NCBI GenBank assembly: GCA_015680685.1
Contig: MNCI01000310.1
Coordinates: 62,001 to 126,000, forward strand
DNA from: Gnetum montanum
Lineage: Eukaryota > Plantae > Gnetophyta
DNA length: 64,000 nucleotides
Reading direction: 5' to 3'
The notes under the pieces were generated by a model. That model worked only from the letters and a program-made list of their open reading frames with translations. It was not told the DNA's origin and ran no database searches. The translations under genes and the position numbers were made by a program. Shown here one piece after another: positions 38,194 to 52,121 of the stretch (position 1 is the stretch's first letter; each line of letters opens with the position of its first letter).

Positions 38194-38982
38194 AGAAAAC
38201 TCTTCTATGATGTTGGCTAGTCCTCCTTCTATGACTCTAGTATTCTTCCCTTTGTGATCCTGCAGAAGCTCTTGGCCTTGAGTCATGCTTGTACTTAGTC
38301 TGTTACTTCTCTTCTCAGTGTCTCTACTAAGGTTGAATGTAAGTAAACTTTGATAGGTTCTTCCAAATGAATAATAGGTTTATGGAAATGAACTTCATGA
38401 TCTTGGTAGTATTTCTCTACTACAAATGCATTGCCATAAAGTTCCTCCAAGACAATAGGAGAGTTAACCTACTTTTCCTTACTGTGGACATGTTTGGTCT
38501 CCATAACAACATCTCTCTATAATTGTGCCTCTATGGGTTGTTATGGTTTTTTGATGTGTTTGGTCACATGGTACCCTTCTTGCAGATGGCTCAGATTCAC
38601 TTTTCTTGAAGTTTTTTGAGGCATGGTGGGTGCTAAATGCTCTAGAGGCAAAGTGACATTGTCCTATAGGTGTCTCGACCTTAACTACCCATCTTGGTGA
38701 AAGATGAATGTGACATTAAAATAGTAAGGATCATTGTAATCATATGAGATTCTTGTCTGCATAGGCATACTTCACTATTCATTGTCATTTGTTCTATCAT
38801 TCCTCTTTTTATCTCTTTTGCAAGTGATAGTTTTTCTTTAATTGAAGTAATGTTATCTTAAGTATGTGTGCTATTAAAATTTATTTAAGGATATAAAATT
38901 TGACTTTAGAATTCTTGATATAATGAACTTTGTAAAATCAATTACTCGGCACACATTAACACATCCCTAACAACAATGCCAA

Positions 38983-39903
38983 TGATAAGTGGTGGAGTAT
39001 CCCAACACTTACCATACAATTCACAAGTGCCAATGCATGATCAAATTGTAATCTATAGATTAACAATGTTATTATGCTAGTAATTGAGTTTAAGTTCAAG
39101 ATTGACGTCTTCCTACCTTGATCTAGTGAAGTTCTAGTATATGGCTTAGCTCTTAATAAGGCATATGCTTATTGATGTTGATTGGCTCTTAGCGCTCCTG
39201 AAGGTAAACATGGTGGAAATGAGTATTAAATCCTAAGTCCAAGTAACAATAGAATTGTAAATCTATTCTGTCCTAGAGCTATGGACATCTGATCCTAGTC
39301 TACTTTTCACACCTTGGACTCATGCAACTATCACTAGGATTACCAAGTGGAATTACCACTAGGTAAACCAAACAATGCCACTACTAGGTTAACAAATAAC
39401 TATAGTTAGTGTTCGAAACCAATCATATCCATACCACTTACTAATAAACAAGTAAATTAAAGTACTTGAAATGCAAAGTACTAAGCTAGGAAAATAGTAA
39501 AAATTATGCTAGGTAAATAATTAGAAAACTAAGTAATGCTACAATGATGAAGAGGAATCTTAATCTTTATTTCAATCATGAACTATGTCCAAGTATAATC
39601 CACTCAAATAAAGACACTGATAAATTTCCAAACATCACATTGTGGGCCTTCTCTCTATTGCTAAGTCTATGAAAACATACTACAAGAGTCTAGCTAAGTT
39701 TGAAATCAAAAGATGTCAGATTGTCTACCCAAGTATTGTATTTATAGGATTACATGCATCCCAAGACATTGCATTAGGAATGGTGTATCATGGATTATGA
39801 CATTGTATCTACAACATTGTTGCTACAATATTGTATATGATATATCATATTACAACAAAAATTAGTTTTATTAGGAAGCTTCTATTAAGCCCCAATTTTA
39901 TCA
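38983..39903 (-). mobile_element. Athila-like LTR with adjacent degenerate tRNA-Asp-type PBS
   Basis: TGAT...ATCA ends. Minus-strand TGGCATTGTTGTTAGGGA is a decayed TGGCGCCGTTGCCGGGGA. Shares blocks (ACTAGGATTACCAAG, TATTTATAG) with 52122 and 61355. Confidence 0.65.
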
Positions 39904-40278
39904 GTACTACCATGAACATTGACAAAATGACTCAATTAGGTGGCAACACAATATTTTCCTCTAGGTCTTTCTATTGTAGCTACTTGTCCTAGTGAAGGAT
40001 GAAAGTAAAGTCTAGATAGTATGTATTTCGATGGGTATAAGCCACTTTGAGTTATTGGGGTACTTCATCCAAGTTCTTTCTTTTTCTATCATAAAGTTTT
40101 GTAGAATCATCTATTGGTGGGAAGTCAACCCAAGGAGAAGAAACCATCTTTTAGTTTGTTCTTGTAATGTAATGTTTCCTGAATAAAATATTATTATTAT
40201 TTTAATGATGGTTCATTATTTTCCTACAACAATATTTATATGATTGAATTATTTATAACACTTAGCACACAACATAAT

Positions 40279-41150
40279 TCCCTAACCATAGTGCCAATGA
40301 TGAGTTGCAAGTTTCTCCTAGACCTAACCATACAAACCGCAAAGCATGTATGCATGATCTAGTCAAATTCTAAATAGCCCTAGATATCATAGAAAACTAA
40401 GTGCTTAGGTGCTAGTCATTTTCTTTCCAATCATCACTTATGTTAGCTTGGTGGGTATGGTTATGTGAGGTTGAGATACAATATATTTATATTTAGTCAT
40501 TTTTTATGATTAGAATATTAAAGTAATAAAGTGATTTAAATATGAATTTCTAACTAACAATAGACTTAAGAGTAATATATGTTATCCTAGAAGTAGAACA
40601 TTCATTCCCCACTTTCTATACTCATCTTGAAACTATATTAATGTTGCTAGGTGGCCAAGTGTCTACTATTTGACATAATAAGTATTCACTATTGATATTA
40701 CTAAACATTAATAGATCATGTTTGAAGTGGTTGCGCTTATGCAGTTTATAGAGTACAGTATTAAAATATTAATTCCCTAACCACAGGAAAGTAAAATGGA
40801 TTAAGAGTAAAATGCTAAAAATAAGCTAAGTGCTAGATCAAGTGCTATAATAGAAGAAATCTATCACGATTTTATTATCATCATGCAAATGTATCCAAGT
40901 ATATCATGCCCTCGAATAAAACTTTGTACAATCAATTCAATCCAAGCTATAGGCACTCAAAGGGAAATTTGGCTAAGTCCTACAGAAGAAAACTACAAGA
41001 GCTTCATTGCAAAAATAACCAAAGGTATCATAAATGCAAATGAAGCATGCATTAATATAGGCTTAGGGTGGAATGACATCAATGTATTTGAAAATACATC
41101 AATGGGGATCCATCAATGAGGCTACATCCACACATGCTTATGAACACAAT
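40279..41150 (-). mobile_element. Second Athila-like PBS plus LTR remnant
   Basis: Minus-strand TGGCACTATGGTTAGGGA next to TGATGAG at 40298. AACCATACAA motif shared with the related LTRs. Right end approximate. Confidence 0.5.
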
Positions 41151-41525
41151 TGACTAAAAGAATCTTCATTAGTGGGAGTAGTATAGAATCCCCCATAGAA
41201 GAATTCTAAAGAAATACGATATACTAGAAAAGAACCAAAGTGATAAAAATTAGATTTATTGAAAAAATTATATTTGTTAGAGAAACATCATATCTATTTT
41301 ATGTGTTAATTTTTAACTATCTAAGTAGGTTCGGGTGGAGAAATCATTAATACATTTCGTTATTTTGTATTGAGAGTAATTCATTTAATGTCATCCATAA
41401 TTTTAGACTTAAGTGAACAACATTACAATTGATACATTAAAAAATAATTGAAGAAAATTAATTATTAGTAAGAAGAAAGGTCCTACTCCTAACAAAATTC
41501 ATAACACTTCTAAACATCCATGAAC

Positions 41526-41665
41526 GAGGTGTTAGCCTAGTGCTACAAGTCTTGGCCATGTAACTCTAGGTCACAAGTCTGATTCTACTCATTAGCATTA
41601 AGCTATAAACTTCTATAAATCTTGAGGTGTACTTATGTTTCACTTATTTTAGGTTCCAACACTCC
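41526..41665 (+). mobile_element. tRNA-derived SINE-like short repeat (copy 1)
   Basis: GAGGTGTTAGCCTAGTG A-box-like head and shared tail TATAAACTTCTATAA...GGTTCCAACACTCC. Related copies at 42790, 49768, 51071 (+) and 41818, 51527, 53273 (-). Confidence 0.55.
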
Positions 41666-42789
41666 ACTTTTCAACATCCATAATACATTATAAGACTTAT
41701 AGCATACATGATATATATATAATGACCTAATAAAATGACCCCATTCTATTGTTAGTAGTATATTTTTTGGGTCCCAATAACCCCCCTACCTTAAAAAGGA
41801 ACTAAAGTACATTATAAGAGGTGTTGAAATCTAGAAATAATTATGATATAGGTACACCCCCAAGATATATAATTCAATTAGAACTTTATAACTAAACACT
41901 GCCTACTAGAATCAAATCCATGGCTTGGAGCTTTTAATTCAATTAGAACTTTATAACTAAACACTTCACTATTAAAGTAAAGTACATTATAAGACATAGA
42001 ATGTACATGATATATATATAGGTGTTAGCTTAATGGTAAGATGAAAAAATTAAAATAAACATGTGTTTAGATATGTGAGAAATGTTTAAAAATCTTTTAT
42101 AATATTTATTTTTTGGTAGAACTTCTCATAACTTGAAGGTGAATTTAAAGGATGACTATAGCTTAATGATCACAATAATTTATAAACACATAGTACAAGT
42201 TACTCCAAAGATTAGTATTATACTTACCATGGATGATAATACTAGGTTAGTTATATATTTATAATATATCTATATAATTGTTCCAAGAGAATCTTGCAAA
42301 AATGCATTGAACTTTAGTTCATCTTCTATATTGGAAATTATTCAATTCACTATTTTAGCAAATTTAATGCATTCTATAAAAAGTTTAGTCATATCACTAT
42401 GATTACATGATGAGAAGGATAACTGATTTCAAGTTTGGTAATAAATCTTGTGCTACAAAATAGTCTTGGAATCTCATGAATTATTGTTTTGCATGCATAC
42501 TCTTCTTAATCTTTAAACTTTTCTTCTTTATTTATTCCAATACAAAGTTATAAATATAGAAGTGGCCAATTTGGTTGGAGAAAATATGTTAACATTATAG
42601 ATGGAATATTATTTAGTGTGTTAAATAGGTTCTTCCTAGAGCATTATGAACTGAATATTTTTTAGCATTACTAGTAGGCTTCCCTCAAGTGTTATGGATA
42701 TAATATCATTTAGTGTTATCGATATACAATTGGTAGTTTATCTCTCAGCCAAAATAAGTAACAACAACAACATACAATAACAAAACAAT

Positions 42790-42927
42790 GAGGTGTTAGC
42801 CTAGTGGTAAGACTCTTGACTTGAAAGCTTGACCCAAGTCATGGGTTCCATTCAAGTGGGCAATTTTGAGTTATATAACTTGAAGTATACCTATATTACA
42901 ATTTTTTTAGGGTTCCAACATCTCCCC
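42790..42927 (+). mobile_element. tRNA-derived SINE-like short repeat (copy 2)
   Basis: TAGCCTAGTGGTAAG (A-box) and GGGTTCCATTC (B-box-like), with the family tail GGTTCCAACATCTCC. Confidence 0.55.
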
Positions 42928-42976
42928 TTCCATCTCACCCAACATCCCCATTCCCATTGCCCGCTCTCCACACACC

Positions 42977-42979
<3 letters not shown>

Positions 42980-43009
<30 letters not shown>
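42980..43009. repeat. Poly-C homopolymer (30 nt)
   Basis: Read directly from the sequence. Confidence 0.95.
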
Positions 43010-43011
<2 letters not shown>

Positions 43012-43739
43012 CCTAACCAAAATAAATTAAAAAAACAAAACAAAAAAATAACAAGACTAAGATATTCCACATACATAGATAATAGATAAGACAAACATAC
43101 ATAAGTCATAAAAATGCATAGTAAATTTAAAACACATCAAGAATATACAATGTAACTTAGTTTAAAGGTTAGTAATGTAGCTAGTATGCTATAAATAATA
43201 ATATAAGTAATAAGAATAACATATCGCACATAGAGAAACCATAAATAACACAAACACATATGAGCTACAATAATACTTAAGATAGATTGAGCATGCCACT
43301 AAGCTACATGCATCTAGCCCTAAACCCCTTCTCCAAAAGTAGGAAGGTATCTACACTAAAAGTCCTAACTTTGGCTTCCTACATAACCTTATGACATAGT
43401 ATTACATCACAAGAGAATGGAAATGAGTAGTGTATTACATGAAAATATCTTGACCAAAACATGTTTGAGAGGTAAAAAGAAAATAAACAAATATAACATT
43501 ATCAATAGCTTCTAGGCAAAAACCTAACCCATTCAATATAAGTTTCATGAATAAATAATTCTAGAATATTTAAGACCTAATGTCCATCAAAATAACATAA
43601 TCTAGAAAAATATATAAAAATAGAAATACTAGCATGGTACATTATTCTTTCTATGAATAAGAAGTAATTGTCCTAGTATGTGAATTAGAAAACTAGTTTA
43701 CATGGCTAGGATAAATAATTTAAAATGTCTAATTAATAA

Positions 43740-46700
43740 GGTGCTTCCTTATATTGTACAATCCAAGCTTAATCAAGGACAACGAACCAACAAAATTCCT
43801 CAGTTGAACAAAAAAAATAAATAGAGATCATTCTTGCTCAAAAGAAAATGATTACAATACACAAATGAATCAAACACACTCTCAAGGATAGATAATCAAT
43901 GAATCAAATCCTCACACCTCTTGATACAAGCTTGACCATTTAAAGATGATCACACACTCTCAATGCCTAGGAAGATCTCTCTATCTCACTATGTCAAGTA
44001 TAAAATGACCTTGTTTTGATCTTGCCCACCATCTCTAGATTTGTCTTGACATTTTATAACTTTTTTTAAGCATTGCTTCATCTTCCTAATCATTGAGCTA
44101 CCTCAAAAATGCATCTTTTTCATAAAAATCATTTCTATCAAAACTATAAGTAACTATGAATTGTAGTTCCTTGCAATGGCCATTCTGCAACCAAACTATG
44201 ACCACATCTAAATGCATTGCTAAAAAGTACAATTTAATTACTATTTCTCAACTAGCTACTACAACTAGCAACTTTGAACTATAGCTTACTATGACTTGTA
44301 GTGACTCCCAATTCTTTGCTTAACTCAAAAATTACATAAAATTCATAATATGAATACACTATGGTAGATTGCAAATTGTAGCCATCCACAAGACTAGACT
44401 ACGGTTCACTGTAGATTAGTGACTTTGCAATTACCTACCCAAGCTATAAAAAGTACTCAAATGATTCCAAATAAATAATCAAATACAAATACATGACTCC
44501 TACTACTTCTAGGATATAATGAGAATAGGAATTACCTTTAAGAATGGGTTGATCTCATCATCATTCCTCTCATTGTTCAAAAGAGAATTATCTTCAATTA
44601 TGTATTACACTTGGGATAGCATTCAATGCCCATAAATCTAAATTATTTTTATGAACCTAGACCCTTCATCATTCCAATTCATCAAGTACTAATGCATCTT
44701 ATTATCTCTTGTGCTTCTAGATTCTCTTGCTTGTAACATAACTAGCTTCCTTGATGACTTGGATGAAGTTTGATCTATAAGTATATCTTTGAGGATTTCA
44801 AGACTATCCTCCAAATCTAATACAAGAACATTGCCATGTTATTGGCTCACATATGAAACATTAAATGCATAAGAAATATGAGAATTATTAAATAAAGCAA
44901 TCTCATTTGTGTTAGGATTGATCATGGTTGTAATTTTAAATGAACTAATTCTCCTTGACTTAAGCTTATAGAATTGCACATTCGTTTGCCTTTCTTTGCT
45001 CAAATAAATTTACACAAAGTTACCAATATAAAATTCAATTATCCTCTTACTCTCATTGGCCTTGGAAGATAATTTTTTTATCTTATTCTCCAAGTAAGAC
45101 TTGACCTCTTGATTCAATTGCTTCATATGCTCAAAAAAATTAGAGATCAAAGAGGCACAATCATCAAATTTCTTAAACTCTTCAATCATCTTTGGTGAAA
45201 AATTATAATTTTCAACAAAATAAATTTTACCAATGTTGGTGGGAAAAGCATTGTTATATGAGAATTTAGCATGGGCTAACATATTCTCCCATCTTTGAGA
45301 TTAATCTTTACATAACCATCTCAATATCTTTATTAAAGTTTAATTTACTACCTTAGTTTATTCATCAATTTGAGTATGACATATAGTAGAAAATGACAAC
45401 TTGGTTTCAAATAATTTTTGAAGTGATTATCAAAAGTGACTAGTGAACTTGACATCCCTATCACTTACAATATTTGAAGAAATGCCATGCTATTTTACTA
45501 AATGTTAAAAGAATAAATAAATAATATGAAAAGAATAATTACTCCTATTGCATGGATTGAAAAGAGACATTTCAAGAAATCAATCCACAACAAAAAGTAT
45601 GGAATCATGACTAGATCTTGTCTTTGCAATGCCACATACAAAGTCCAAAGAAACACTTTTTCAAGGTGCATTTGGGATTGACAAAGGTAAATATTAATCA
45701 TGAATATCATTCCCTTATTTTAACTTTTAGTAAACATAATATTCTTTTACAAACTTAACTACATGTTTATACATACATTATCAAAAATAAGTTTTTCTTA
45801 CCAATTATAAAGTCTTTATTTTGTTCATATGCATAGCCATGTCACTGTTATGCTTTTTCTTAAGAATCTTGAATTTAAATTTACAATTGGGAAGATAAAT
45901 TTTTACATGTCTAAATATAATACCATTCTAGATATGATATACTATCCATTTATCAATCCTATCTCATAATGGAGAATTTAAGTCTTTTCAAATATCATCA
46001 AAATCATTTTCATTATGATATAATTAAGCAAAAGACTTAGAACCCTTTACTTCAACACAAGAATGAATAATATGAATCCTAGATAAAGCATCAATAACAA
46101 ATTTTGACTTGTCACTTGTATGTGTGAAACGAAAATAAAAATCTTGCAAATGCTCTGCCTATTTTATATACTTAGCACTTTTTTTTTCTTTCTTTTTTTT
46201 GAGAAATCAAGAATTCAAGTGTTCTATGATTAGTCAATAAAAGAAAGTTATATCCTAGCAAGTAATGTCTCTCATTCTTAATGGATTAAAGTATAGCATA
46301 TAATTCCTTCTCATATAAATTATACTTTTGTCTAGATTTATTCAATTTCTTAGAATAGAAAGCAATTGGCTTACCCTATTGAAGAAGAACACCTCCAATA
46401 GCAAGCCCACGTGCATCCACCTTTACTTCAAAATGGTTAAAGAAGTTTGGAGTTACTAAAACTAGAGCACTACAAATCTTCTTCTTTAATTCTTGAAAAG
46501 AACTATCTTTTGCATCATCCTACACAAAAGCTAAATTCTTCTTCAAAAAAGATAATATAGTTCATGAAATAGAACTAAAATTTCTAATGAATCTCCTATA
46601 AAAATTGGCCAAACCAAGAAAATAACTCATCTCTTCCACATCTTTAGGTGAAGGCCTATCCTTGATTGTCTTGATCTTACATAGATGAGCCAATACATTC

Positions 46701-47240
46701 TATAGGGCTTAGGTTGAGAAATTTTCTTTAATCCAAGTCTATCAATACCCTTAGAAGAAATAACATTCTCTTGTCCACCTCCATGTATCAAAATGTGAAG
46801 CCATTTGCCACTGGAGAGACACTTAGCCCTAATTCTAAAGAGCATTTTCCTCAAAGGATATTTACTAATGTTGACATTTCTCATAAATAAATTAATTTTA
46901 GTAACATCTTTAAAAGATTCATTAGGATTACCCTTCATTTGAGGACTCTACTTTCTCTATGATTTGAAGTTCCTTGCCCTTAAAAGACTTAAGTTTCTTG
47001 TACTCTTATTCCTTATGTATCCATTCTCCCTACCTAAACCATTGAGCTTTCGAAGAATTGCCATTTCTTTGACCTCTTCCCTTCTTGGAAGTGTCTTTCT
47101 TAGAATAGTGGGCTTCCTTAGTCTTGTTTTGCTTCTAATGTGAGTTTTTCTTTTAGCATTACATTTCTCCTTTGCTACTTTATCTCCCTTAGAAGCCTTG
47201 AAGACTTTGCCCTTGGAAGCCTTGGGACCTTTGTTCTATA
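43740..47240 (-). mobile_element. Decayed, internally deleted CRM-like chromovirus (gypsy) remnant
   Basis: Protease ILIHGGGQENVISS...[15 protein letters not shown] (CRM-type IIDxGSxxN...HPxPY). RH-like 46250-46600. INT LAHAKFSYNN. PPT-like TGAGAGGAATGA|TGATGAG places the LTR start at 44560. RT core missing at ~46650. Left end approximate. Confidence 0.7.
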
Positions 47241-47721
47241 ATTTTTATATTTGGTATTCTTTACTTAAAAATCATTATAGTTATCATTAAGAATACAACA
47301 ATGTATATTTGACATCCAACAAAATTCTAGAAACACTTATTGAAAGTTTGTAATTTTAAAAAATTAAATAATTTTTTTTTTTTTTAAAAAAAAAAAAAAA
47401 GATAAGATGCAGGGCTACACTGCAAGTATGATTATTATTAAAAAAAAAATCTTTTTACTTGGTTGAACACTTCTTTAAAATAATAATAACTACATTATAG
47501 GTAGAGAAATGTGAACCATCCCAAAATTCTGGCTTGCTCTACTTTATTTGCCTTCTCAAATAGGAATATTCACTTGTGTTTTTTGTAATTACTCGTTAAA
47601 GGTTTCAGTTAAAAGCATTTTCCTATTAAAGAAAACCATATAGTAGGGATATAATTTGCTGATAGATCAAGCCAAACTTTCACAGCAACATAAGATGAAT
47701 AGGTGCAATGGTAACACACCT

Positions 47722-47950
47722 AAATTATCTCTGGCTGCTGCCGCCTTATTTCCAACTTAGCCCTCATTCTCATCAGACGTTGGATTTCCTTGGGACTTTT
47801 ACGTTGCTGCAGGTCTGCAACGCAATTTATAACCTTATCTTCAAAAAGCGTTTTTACAAGACTCCGCCAATGGATTTCATGGCCATAGTTGTCTGTGGAG
47901 TGTTTTACGCCCTTTGTACTTTAGTTTTAGCTTAATGCTGCTGCTGCATA
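47722..47950 (-). pseudogene. 5'-only relic of a BAHD acyltransferase paralog (leader plus first ~17 codons)
   Basis: ATG at 47773 gives MRMRAKLEIRRQQPEII*, versus MKMRVKLGIRRQQPKVV in the intact gene. Upstream 47801-47930 aligns with 59800-59935. Confidence 0.85.
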
Positions 47951-48350
47951 TCTATGAGTCTCTTTCATTGGGCATGCATATCTTCGGGTGCTGCATATCT
48001 ATGAGTCATCTTTCATTGGGCATGCATATCTTCGGGTTTTTTTTGGCTATGGATTTGTGTGTTTTACATCCTTTGCACGTATGCATTTTAATTTAGTTTT
48101 AGCTCAATGCTGCTGCCTGCTGTGTATCTATGAGTCGTCTTTCATTGCACATGCATGTCTGCGGCTTTTTCTTGGCTATGGATTTGTGTAAAATCTTCAA
48201 TTGTGGGTGGAAAGTGACATGGATAAAGGCTGCGTACCTACAAGTCCTCTATCATTGGGTATCATTGGGCATGCATGTCTGCGGATTTTGCTTGGCTATG
48301 GATTTGTGTAAAGTCTTTTTCATTTGTGGGTGGAAAGTGCCATGGATAAA
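47935..48350. repeat. Nested short tandem duplications (~47-bp and ~120-bp units)
   Basis: Repeated gctgcatatctatgagtc...tttcattgggcatgcat and ttggctatggatttgtgt blocks. Confidence 0.85.
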
Positions 48351-50699
48351 ACAGATCATATAATCATTTTTGCACTATAGAAATCATATTGTGTCCGTTT
48401 GCTGTTAGGAATTGAGGTGCAGAGTGAGTAAAACGTCCACGTTACTTTCCCATACCCACATGAAATGCTTGTAAAAAGGTTTGATTTTTCCCGGATTCTT
48501 AGAAACCTCCCGAACTAATGATTATTTAAACGAGAATTAAAAGTAATGATTAAAAACTCTACAAATAATTTAATCAGTTTAGAAAGTAATTTCTAAAAAT
48601 TAGATTACTTAGATAACTTGGTATAAAATCTTAACAAATACTAGAGTAATGAAATATTAAAGTAATGAACATATTGATCAAGGTAATTAAAGCTCTATAA
48701 ACGCTATCTTTTAGAATGCAAAGAACATCCTAACAATACAAGCAAGGTTAAAGCTTATACAAGTAGAGGTGCAAAATCAATATCAAAAGTTAAACCTAGA
48801 TAGAGTGGTGGGAATCTAAGGATAGGGTTACAAGGAAAAAAACAAATAGAATCATTGATAACTAATTTTTTTTTTGAAATAGCTTGCAACTCATAACTCA
48901 CAATGGTCCATTTTGGCTTCTCCTAAATGGTAGAACCCCAAAAAAAATATTTAAAGAAAAAAATTAAAACTATATCATATTCTTAATCATTAAGTAAAAA
49001 GACCTAGAAAGAACATAGAAAGGAACAACTTTTCAATTTTAGGGATGTCTACCCAAGTAAATAGTCTTACAAAAACAAGAGATAAATTAATTGTTGGTAG
49101 TTATGATGATCCTAGTCCTAAAAACATTTACATCATTTTCTAATATCCTTGCTTAAACTTAAAATAGTAAAAGAATTCAATGTAGTAATACAAAGATTTC
49201 GTGAAATACCATCTTTTTTAAGAGAGAAAGGTATAAAAGTAAATGCTAGCATACAACACAACTGATCTTCTTTGTAATATTTTAAAATTTTTTCTTATTT
49301 CCTTTTCTATTTCTTACAACATGTTCTTTTTATTGTAGTTGTTAAATATTTGAAATTAATTTTTTATTTCTTTTTCTAAGAACAAGCTATTTTTTCTTAA
49401 AACTAATTCATTTACTACATCTCAACTAGTCGTTAATTGTGATAGTACTTATTCTCTTTGTAATCCTTAAGAAATCAATTGTAACTAATGATAAATCTAG
49501 TAAGATTCTAAAAGTTCTAAAAAGAAAAAAATATGCAAGCTATGGATGGTACAATCTATTTAAGGTTGTTCATTAAAAGATTATTCTTATAAATTTAATC
49601 TTCATTAAATTTTATTTTTAAAAAGAAATTAATTTGATTTTGCTATCGCTAATTGTCAACCATGTACCTATCAATAATAACCTAAACAACATTTAATAAT
49701 CACACATTTGATTATAGTAGGCAATGTCAATTTCTTAATCCTAATAATTTACTAAGTATTTGCAATAAGTTGTTAGCCTAATGGTAAGGGTCTTGGTTTG
49801 TTAACCTTAGTTCTATGGTTCAACTCTACTTAGTAGCATTGAGTTATATATTTTTAAAAAAATTCTATAAAGGAATTCTAAACTTGGTCCGATAGGTCCA
49901 AGGGGTCTTAGTTGCATTGTAATACTTATTTTTGGATTTTGAAGAGTTAAACCTATTGTAGATCTTTTCTGTAGAATATCTTTTTAAAATATGCTAGTGT
50001 CATCCTCGCTCCTATGATATATTATTATTGATAATCCTTATGATGCCTCTTTATCATATGGAAACAAAGAAATGCTCATTTATTTAATCACCATTCAATT
50101 TATCTTTCCACCCAAGCTACTTGAATTTATCTTTCCACCTAGTTCTCTTTTTCTTTGTTGTATCACTCTTCTTCTTCACATGCATTTAGAAACATTGCAA
50201 TACAAAACAAGCTACTCAAATTATTACATAAGATTGAAATTTGAGGAATTTTTTATTGACAAGTTTTGCTTGCAATGCATAATTTTTGTATGCATTCCTT
50301 TCATCATGGTACTAAATTGTCTAAGGTGTCTTGCAAAGGTATGAATTACATTAGCTTTATATTGTTGGCTTGCTTGTTTCTCTCTACTATATGTGATGCT
50401 TCTAGTTATCATCAAGGTGGAAGAATTCATTTTGTCCATTTCCACCTTGTTACATGAGTAAACATAGATTCCCTATTATTACACATTTTTTAGATACTTT
50501 GAAAAGCTATATTTCTAATCTTAATTTTGTACTCTTCTAATATTTCTTTTTAATAATTCAAGATTTTAAGGGTTTTACTAGTTACCTCAAAAATCGCTCT
50601 CTCCTCCCTAGGTTGCAAAAAATTATAAAAAATAAAAAAAATAACCATATGTTTAAGTTGTGAAGACATACTTGTATATAAGTCTTGAATGTTTTTTGT

Positions 50700-51072
50700 T
50701 TGCTAGTTAAATAATTTTTTTAGTTAAAAATTTTTCTTAGTTAAAATTTTTTAATTAAAAATATTTATTCTTAAAATTATTTTTGGTTTGAAAAATTTTT
50801 AAGTTGAAAATTTGTTTTAGTTAAAAATTTATTTATTTAAAAATTTTTCTTAGTTACAAAGTTATTTTGGTGAAAATTATTTTTAGTTAAAAATGTTTTT
50901 AAAAAAGAAAAGAAATTTACTTAAAATTTTTTTTGGGTTAAAAGTTTTTCTTAGTTAAAACTTTGTTTTGGTTAAATTTTTTTTGTTAAAAAAAATTTTT
51001 TAGTTTAAAAGTTTTTATATAAAATTTTTGTTAAATATAGTTTTGGTTAAAAATTGTTTAGTTAAAAATTTT
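50700..51072. repeat. AT-rich ~19-20-bp minisatellite (TAGTTAAAAATTTTT...)
   Basis: Roughly 18 degenerate units of (t/g)(a/g)gttaaaa-ttttt. Confidence 0.8.
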
Positions 51073-52121
51073 GCCTAGTCGTACAGTTCTTCGCTTTGTA
51101 GTCCCAAGCCATAGGTTTCATTCTGGTAGGTAGCACTAAGTTATAAACTTCTATAATCTTAGGGTGTATCTATGTTTCAATTATTTTGAGTTCTAACACC
51201 CCCCATACTTGTATATAAGTCATGTTATATACATAGTGATAACTAGTAAGTGAAGTGGATACAAAGTGACTCACATGAATGACAAATAGAAAGTGTGTTG
51301 CATTTAGTATATATGACATAAGAAATCGAATATGTTAGGAAAGAATGTCCTATGACATTGCAGTTGTTTCAAAACCAAAGCTTCATTACTTTAATAGTGG
51401 GATCCTAAACATTTTTTTAAAAATATTTAGTCTTAAGGTCATCATCATCATTATCCTAGCCTTGTTCCAATAGAATAGGATTATCTATATGAGTTTTTTT
51501 TTTCATCATTCACCTCTATGAAGTAGTGGGGGATATTCAAACCTTGAAATAATTGTAATATAGTTACATCGCAAGATATGTAGTTGAATTAGAACTTATA
51601 ACTTATCATTCACCACCATAATTGAACTTGTGACTTGGAGCTATCATGGAACACTGATGTAGCATTCTTTTTTATAGGTTCATTGTCTAAGATTTTCTAC
51701 ATATGTCGAAACCATCTAAGATGCCATTCCTATAGCTCATCTGAAATAGAAGCTATTCCAAATCTTTTTTTAATGTTTGTATTATGCAATTTATCTCTTC
51801 TAAAATATTTAGCCTTAAGATATATAGCCAAATTTAAACATTATAGAGATGTTGAAATTTGAAATATTTTTTTAACAAGATTTATCCTAACACATTTGCA
51901 AGGTTGTTGTAATATAGATAACCACATTCTTTATGTGTATACAAAGCCAAAAATAAACATGTAGTTAGATGTTTGAGCAGTGAAGTCATACTTTTACATA
52001 AAGTATGTTACATACATTTGATAGTGGCAAATAGCAAGTGAAGTGAATACATAGAAACTTTTTCTTATTTTCTTTACATGAATGACAAATAGAAGATGTG
52101 TTACATTTAGTCTATATGACA

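Larger units (their letters stand above)
34600..38982 (-). mobile_element. Heavily decayed Athila-like internal region (5' UTR, gag, protease)
   Basis: PLGQVDNVITTINGWSYLVDFLVI...FPIIMERAWLNTIDSKL resembles an Athila-type protease C-terminus. Gag-like remnants at 36200-36950. A PBS-like sequence at 38964-38981. Confidence 0.6.

Noticed and set aside
42829-43109. Poly-Pro / poly-Gly ORFs
   Set aside because: Artefacts of the poly-C tract.
49768-49850. Functional tRNA genes at the SINE-like copies
   Set aside because: The cloverleaf stems do not pair, and the copies share a non-tRNA tail.
48900-50600. Possible decayed transposase or gene in AT-rich DNA
   Set aside because: Only short low-complexity ORFs with no motif I can support.
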